Source: Candidatus Hodarchaeota archaeon (GTDB taxonomy: Archaea; Asgardarchaeota; Heimdallarchaeia; Hodarchaeales; Hodarchaeaceae). From it: a DNA stretch of 21,793 bases. The notes beneath the pieces were generated by a model. The model was not told the DNA's origin, searched no databases, and worked only from the letters and a program-made list of their open reading frames with translations. A program made the position numbers and the translations under genes. The stretch is from positions 1-21,793 of the forward strand of contig JAEOTM010000163.1 in assembly GCA_016839815.1 (NCBI GenBank). The letters are read 5' to 3'. Positions 18,601-21,793 of this stretch are shown one piece after another; the stretch's first letter is position 1; each line of letters starts with the position of its first letter.

Positions 18601-18843
18601 TGAGTCATTATCGTAGTCTAAGTACCAACTTGACCATGAAAACTCTGCTGTGGCTGATTCAACAGCAGATACGTCATTTGACGTGTGTTGAGAGTGTAAT
18701 CCTGTGTTTAAGGGTTGATCAGGAATAGTTGATAGTGGTGAATGGTTTGTTCCACTAACTAAACGATTTAAGGGGATTAGTATTCCCATACAAAGAATAA
18801 TCACAATTAAAATACTTAAATAGTCCTTCTTTCGATTCATCAT
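15685..18843 (-). CDS. Large acidic Trp-rich tandem-repeat cell-surface protein with PGW-TM-basic (CTERM-type) anchor
   Basis: Signal peptide MMNRKKDYLSILIVIILCMGILIPL (GAGGAG SD; ORF opens at 18936); seven full ~115-120-aa repeats plus one degenerate; STTTTRTIAPGWTFTVALTMLLVVLPIRRVKRR tail. Confidence 0.88.
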   Translation of the reverse strand: MMNRKKDYLSILIVIILCMGILIPLNRLVSGTNHSPLSTIPDQPLNTGLHSQHTSNDVSAVESATAEFSWSSWYLDYDNDSDGAIDTIEFFYEFSDFTVSEWVEFEFNIQIFFWEDQEWNHLDYDWEWFDGYVEPSNAYVWSYQWRAWYDGNYSFFITVYDYSTGLYVVEETVLWNDASQFSLLHEWERWIEESDEDGDSLNDTIEFWYFLNFSVSDWVRLNVRMEIYYWNGYWEYLTSDYEYFGEDVTAGETYNLSFAWRAWYAGDYNFSIEIEGYNLEYPVIYEWVAWSGATSFSFFYQYGSTVDKYDEDGDMFEDTISLQFSFNFSFSDWVWLDFRIDIFYWNGFWEHITSDWDYFGEDVKRGEVYDKSFQWTAWYDGNYNFSIYIRDEDSGRPLIEEWIVWNGAKAFTLLDSWDSWTEDSDEDGDGCEDTFEIGYNLKFSYTGHVELGIRVEIRYWNVEYGHWSWIDNIYDDLDLEVTAGDLHTWSMKWQARDSGMHEFLVDIVEYRLDIPIINELFEWNANCAYNPIKEWDSWYKESDKDGDGYDDTIEIGFDMSFTLTGEITLYLRAEIRYWDENYQDWDYLEYYYDEFEGDIMENKWYYCSFEWSAWYDGDYEFLITINGENGGTMIEETIEWDNAYVFDFLDEWDSWYKEYDEDNDGYMDTIEIGYDLRFTSSGWVDLYLEAEISIWDEQNERWDWINYANGQFNEEVTAGEWYTFSVRWSASDNGDFEFQISIWESTSHKHLIDETVTWQDAYKYQLINDWNLWAIEYDEDSDGLIDTIEIGVDLSFSKSGPTFLIGLLRIQYWNEQNQHWQYIETYIYEFFDEDVTLDTWYSISFIWSALYTGNYNISVALASVSGSSTNFQIEEWVSWTDVTAFQGVVFEYEQIHEDYYEERPDSITLGYNFLFEETGPVDLDIRVIVLYASQTTMTFNLESVIWDSFTTDVTQDTWYEWSMDWDLSDTEGVVVYFFITVFDGGARVLDDMFGIYGYDDREPHKLLPLEVSSITTEEESTTTTRTIAPGWTFTVALTMLLVVLPIRRVKRR
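15850..18640 (-). repeat. Intragenic tandem repeat array, period ~345-360 bp
   Basis: Exact DNA matches: 19 bp at 17754-17772 and 18099-18117 (345 apart); 20 bp at 17696-17715 and 18386-18405 (690 apart); 17 bp at 16877-16893 and 17228-17244 (351 apart). Confidence 0.85.
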
Positions 18844-19078
18844 CCTGTTTGCTCTCCTCTTCTCATCTTTCAGAATATTACCGTGAAAGAAATTTGTAGA
18901 GTGCTTCGTAATAAAATGGGTCATAACGATATACATGGTATATAAGATTAACTAGTATATAAACTCCAAATCTAATGAATCTGGTGAGTTCTCCTTACCA
19001 ACACTCCTGTTAAAGATGAGAAGAACCAGGGAAAACTGGTTTTAACCTAGTATACTTCGTTTATGATACCCTAGCTAT

Positions 19079-20782
19079 TTACGTTTGATGTGATCGAGAC
19101 AAGGAATCATGTCTAAATTTTTTCCGAACAACTACAAATAGTGTTAAAAGAGGAAGAACTGTCCATTCATAACCAGATATCTGTGCTTTTGTGGTTTCTG
19201 ATGAGAAAGAACTAGTGGTTATCGCAATTTGACTCTCATCAAGCGTAACAGAAAGATTCCCTCGCACAAGCTCATCTCTTGTTAATTGTAACCATACTCC
19301 AAATGCTTCATTTAATCCACCTTTTTGAGTGTTCTCTGGATCCAAAGATTGAGTATTGGTGTATCCAATTGAGTTTGCCGTCGGAAGGAGAACATTTTTC
19401 GCAGCCCAGTAGTCCAGAGCAACAGGATCTGTTCCTGCTATTAGCATATTAACCCTTGTAGCCATATGATATTCTGTTGATGGGCCACAATAATCATCAG
19501 GATAAGGATTGGCATTTATCCATATTGCATCAATAATATTCAATGTGGGTAACCCACATTCGACCATTAGTGTTCCCATGCCACCAGTAGCAACAGAGGC
19601 ATGACCGTTAGCAAGGCCGCCATTAAGCTTTTCCGATTGAACCCCCATATAATTTTTGATTGCCGCTGTAACACCATAGATAAAATGAGATTTAAGAACA
19701 GGCAAATTGATCACTTTCATGCGCTTCTCGTAACTGGTACCATTCCATAAACCATGTTTAAAGCTGATGTGAGTTCCATAATAAGTAGTGAATTTCGGGT
19801 AGGAGACTTGAATTCCAGTTTCAGGATCCTTTATCTCATAAAAAATATACCCATCCTCCAGATCGCCTTCCGAGAATTCATCAACTCGATTATGTCTAAT
19901 ATTACTCCAATCAAAAGTTGAGATATTGACCATTGAGGAAAAACTATCAATCACATCTTGAGTTGATTGTGACTTATCTTTAGCATTATTTTCTGTATGA
20001 TCCATACCCCCCCTGCCCTGTCCATTATCCGCTACAACAATTTCCCCTGTAAATCCCTCCGGATGATCAATAATGGTTTCTATCACATCTTTAAGAAGAT
20101 CAGTATTGGTTCCTCCTCGTTCTGTCCATTGTGAATTAATTTTTAATAAGACAATATCATCTCGAGCAAGCAAACCAGAGGGAGCTTGATGTTCGTCCCT
20201 GAATGCTGATTGGTAGAAAAACAACTCCTTTTGACTCATTAAATCCAGTAATTCACTCATATTTGGAGTTTGTAGGTTATTAACAACAAAAATCTCCGAT
20301 GTAGGTGAATCTATTGCAGATTTGGATTCGATATTCAAGAAAAGATCCTGTGAAGGATTAGGTAATGTTGATCTTAGGAGAAGTTCCCCACACGACACTC
20401 CAGTTATTAAAATGGTTAATATGACTATTACCGATTTAGGAGAAATCTTCCATTTTTTTGGAATGAAAGGAGTAGATATTGAAAGTGGGACTAGTGTGCT
20501 TATTGAAAGGGAAATATTATTTACAGCTGCTTTTTGACATGGGTATGTAATTCTGGATGGTTTGGAGCCTGTTCGAAAGATTATCCAGAGAATATTGACT
20601 AGAACAAAAAAAAATAAATGATTCCTTATTCTTTCTTTGTTGAACTTTCTGAGACCATTCCAAAAGTGGAAACGCTTTCTATTAAACCACTCTTGAATCC
20701 ATGACAAAATCTTAAACACCTGTGTGTTGTTCTGGCGAGGTTCATAGAGAAAATCCGAATAAAAATGTATACACCAGTGCAA
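19079..20782 (-). CDS. DUF362 domain-containing membrane-anchored protein with C-terminal sorting signal
   Basis: VLLKIN...GGTNTD, EIVVADNG, VINLPVLKSHFIYGVTAAIKNYMG, LNIIDAI and GTDPVALD are DUF362 motifs. Two N-terminal TMs flank KPSRITYPCQ; ISGYE-TM-RKKFR tail. Start uncertain (TTG 20782, or TTG 20707 with an AGGTG SD). Confidence 0.82.
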   Translation of the reverse strand: MHWCIHFYSDFLYEPRQNNTQVFKILSWIQEWFNRKRFHFWNGLRKFNKERIRNHLFFFVLVNILWIIFRTGSKPSRITYPCQKAAVNNISLSISTLVPLSISTPFIPKKWKISPKSVIVILTILITGVSCGELLLRSTLPNPSQDLFLNIESKSAIDSPTSEIFVVNNLQTPNMSELLDLMSQKELFFYQSAFRDEHQAPSGLLARDDIVLLKINSQWTERGGTNTDLLKDVIETIIDHPEGFTGEIVVADNGQGRGGMDHTENNAKDKSQSTQDVIDSFSSMVNISTFDWSNIRHNRVDEFSEGDLEDGYIFYEIKDPETGIQVSYPKFTTYYGTHISFKHGLWNGTSYEKRMKVINLPVLKSHFIYGVTAAIKNYMGVQSEKLNGGLANGHASVATGGMGTLMVECGLPTLNIIDAIWINANPYPDDYCGPSTEYHMATRVNMLIAGTDPVALDYWAAKNVLLPTANSIGYTNTQSLDPENTQKGGLNEAFGVWLQLTRDELVRGNLSVTLDESQIAITTSSFSSETTKAQISGYEWTVLPLLTLFVVVRKKFRHDSLSRSHQT

Positions 20783-20935
20783 AAAGTGAAGAAATTAAAC
20801 TTCACGTTTCATCGAACAATATGAAGGTGGATTTTATAGGACATAGGTTCCACTAGAATAGTTCGAGAAATGATTATATCAAGAAATAATCTATTTTGGT
20901 GGTAATTATTTTGGTATCTTATCCAATCTCCAGAT

Positions 20936-21793
20936 TCATGAGATATTCAGAAAGGTTAGGATTTGCTCATAATTGGTGATGAGAAAAACAATAATGGGAA
21001 GTAAAAAGGACGTTAAGAGATTGCGTAATCCCGAAAAACTAAAGGGCCATTCCTGCATGGAGGAAGCTTGGTTGAATAATACTTGAGTCAATTGAATCTG
21101 CTCAAAATAATCACCTGTTATTGAATTGGGAGGTTTAGAGAGCGTTTTATATGCTTCTCCCATTTTTGATGCTAAATCATCAATGATGACTTTTTTTTCA
21201 GATCTCATTAACCGGTTCAAACTGATAGTCGGGATTAAAAAATAAATGATAGGTAAGGTGATTACTCCCAATAGATAGAATATACTTGCTATAAAACCCA
21301 ATCCAGTGGTTAATCGGGTTCCCCAATAAATCGAAGTACTTCCTAGTAAAGTTATCAGTAGGGATACTTTCAGTAAATAATTCGCAACAGGAGAAAGTCC
21401 ACCTGCCTTATCTCCCGAAAAAACATCCAGTTTAAGCGGTTCATCCCGGAAGGGGAGAATAAGGATTGCAAAAGCAGTCATGAATACAACCCATAAAAAT
21501 TCAGCAATAATTATTGAGGCAACAATTTGAGCAATTAATGGTCCAAAGGTATTATAGGCGTCATATTTGACAATAATAACCGAAGCTAACAAGGAAAGAA
21601 GTGAAAAGACGTAGAAAATTCCAGCAAGCAGATACACCCATTTACTCCAAATAATTTTGACTGACTTATCCCTTAGAGTTGTGGAAATAACTTTTTTATC
21701 AGAGAGGTCATTGATTAAATTCCTACTTAGAACACTAACTAGATCTGTCAAGGTAATGGTTAGAAAAGTTCCTCCAACAAAAAATAAGTTAAA
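20936..21793 (-). CDS. Multi-pass membrane protein of unknown function, 5'-truncated by window
   Basis: Frame is open to base 21793 (FNLFFVGGTFLTITLTDLV...); at least five TMs; DKAGGLSP loop and C-terminal MQEWPF motif. Confidence 0.75.
   Translation of the reverse strand, partial: FNLFFVGGTFLTITLTDLVSVLSRNLINDLSDKKVISTTLRDKSVKIIWSKWVYLLAGIFYVFSLLSLLASVIIVKYDAYNTFGPLIAQIVASIIIAEFLWVVFMTAFAILILPFRDEPLKLDVFSGDKAGGLSPVANYLLKVSLLITLLGSTSIYWGTRLTTGLGFIASIFYLLGVITLPIIYFLIPTISLNRLMRSEKKVIIDDLASKMGEAYKTLSKPPNSITGDYFEQIQLTQVLFNQASSMQEWPFSFSGLRNLLTSFLLPIIVFLITNYEQILTFLNIS

Noticed and set aside
15850-18640. Repeats as a CRISPR array or DGR template/variable repeats
   Set aside because: They are in-frame protein repeats with ~345-360-bp period; there is no constant repeat/spacer pattern, no cas or reverse-transcriptase gene, and no non-coding near-identical template copy.
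18982-19043. Two short hairpins (TGGTGAG/CTTACCA and AACCAG/CTGGTT) between the DUF362 and repeat-protein genes
   Set aside because: Stems of only 6-7 bp with no clear minus-strand U-tract; not distinguishable from chance by eye.
3801-20537. Short alternative ORFs of 60-122 aa (e.g. 3801-4010, 6937-7140, 10119-10301, 11318-11590, 11680-11904, 12095-12310, 12277-12567, 13760-13969, 14902-15099, 15732-16023, 17406-18608, 20322-20537)
   Set aside because: All overlap well-supported longer CDS in another frame or strand and show no recognisable motifs; treated as shadow ORFs.

Overview
AT-rich, gene-dense window of about 17 CDS with no rRNA, tRNA, CRISPR array or mobile element visible. Archaeal-type signals (GGTGA/GGAGG Shine-Dalgarno motifs, TATA boxes, U-tract ends), PGF-CTERM-like C-terminal anchors and the protein types suggest an Asgard archaeon, probably Heimdallarchaeia (inference). 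The left ~7 kb holds small accessory genes: ABC-2 permease, radical SAM, GNAT, DinB, a membrane protein/TetR divergent pair, a bacterial-type PlsC-family acyltransferase and a SAM methyltransferase. The right ~14 kb is dominated by cell-surface proteins. The strongest findings are: (1) an orphan family-5 peptide/nickel solute-binding protein fused via DxDxDG Ca-binding repeats and one TM helix to a cytoplasmic TPR domain, a receptor-like architecture; (2) a sulfite-oxidase/MsrP-family domain with Ser in place of the Mo-ligating Cys, fused to a four-His cytochrome b561-like domain; (3) a ~1050-aa acidic, Trp-rich surface protein of 7+1 tandem ~115-aa repeats, each full repeat opening with a DxDxD(G) loop; (4) a shared C-terminal sorting signal on four proteins; (5) a small 4-unit helical-repeat protein.
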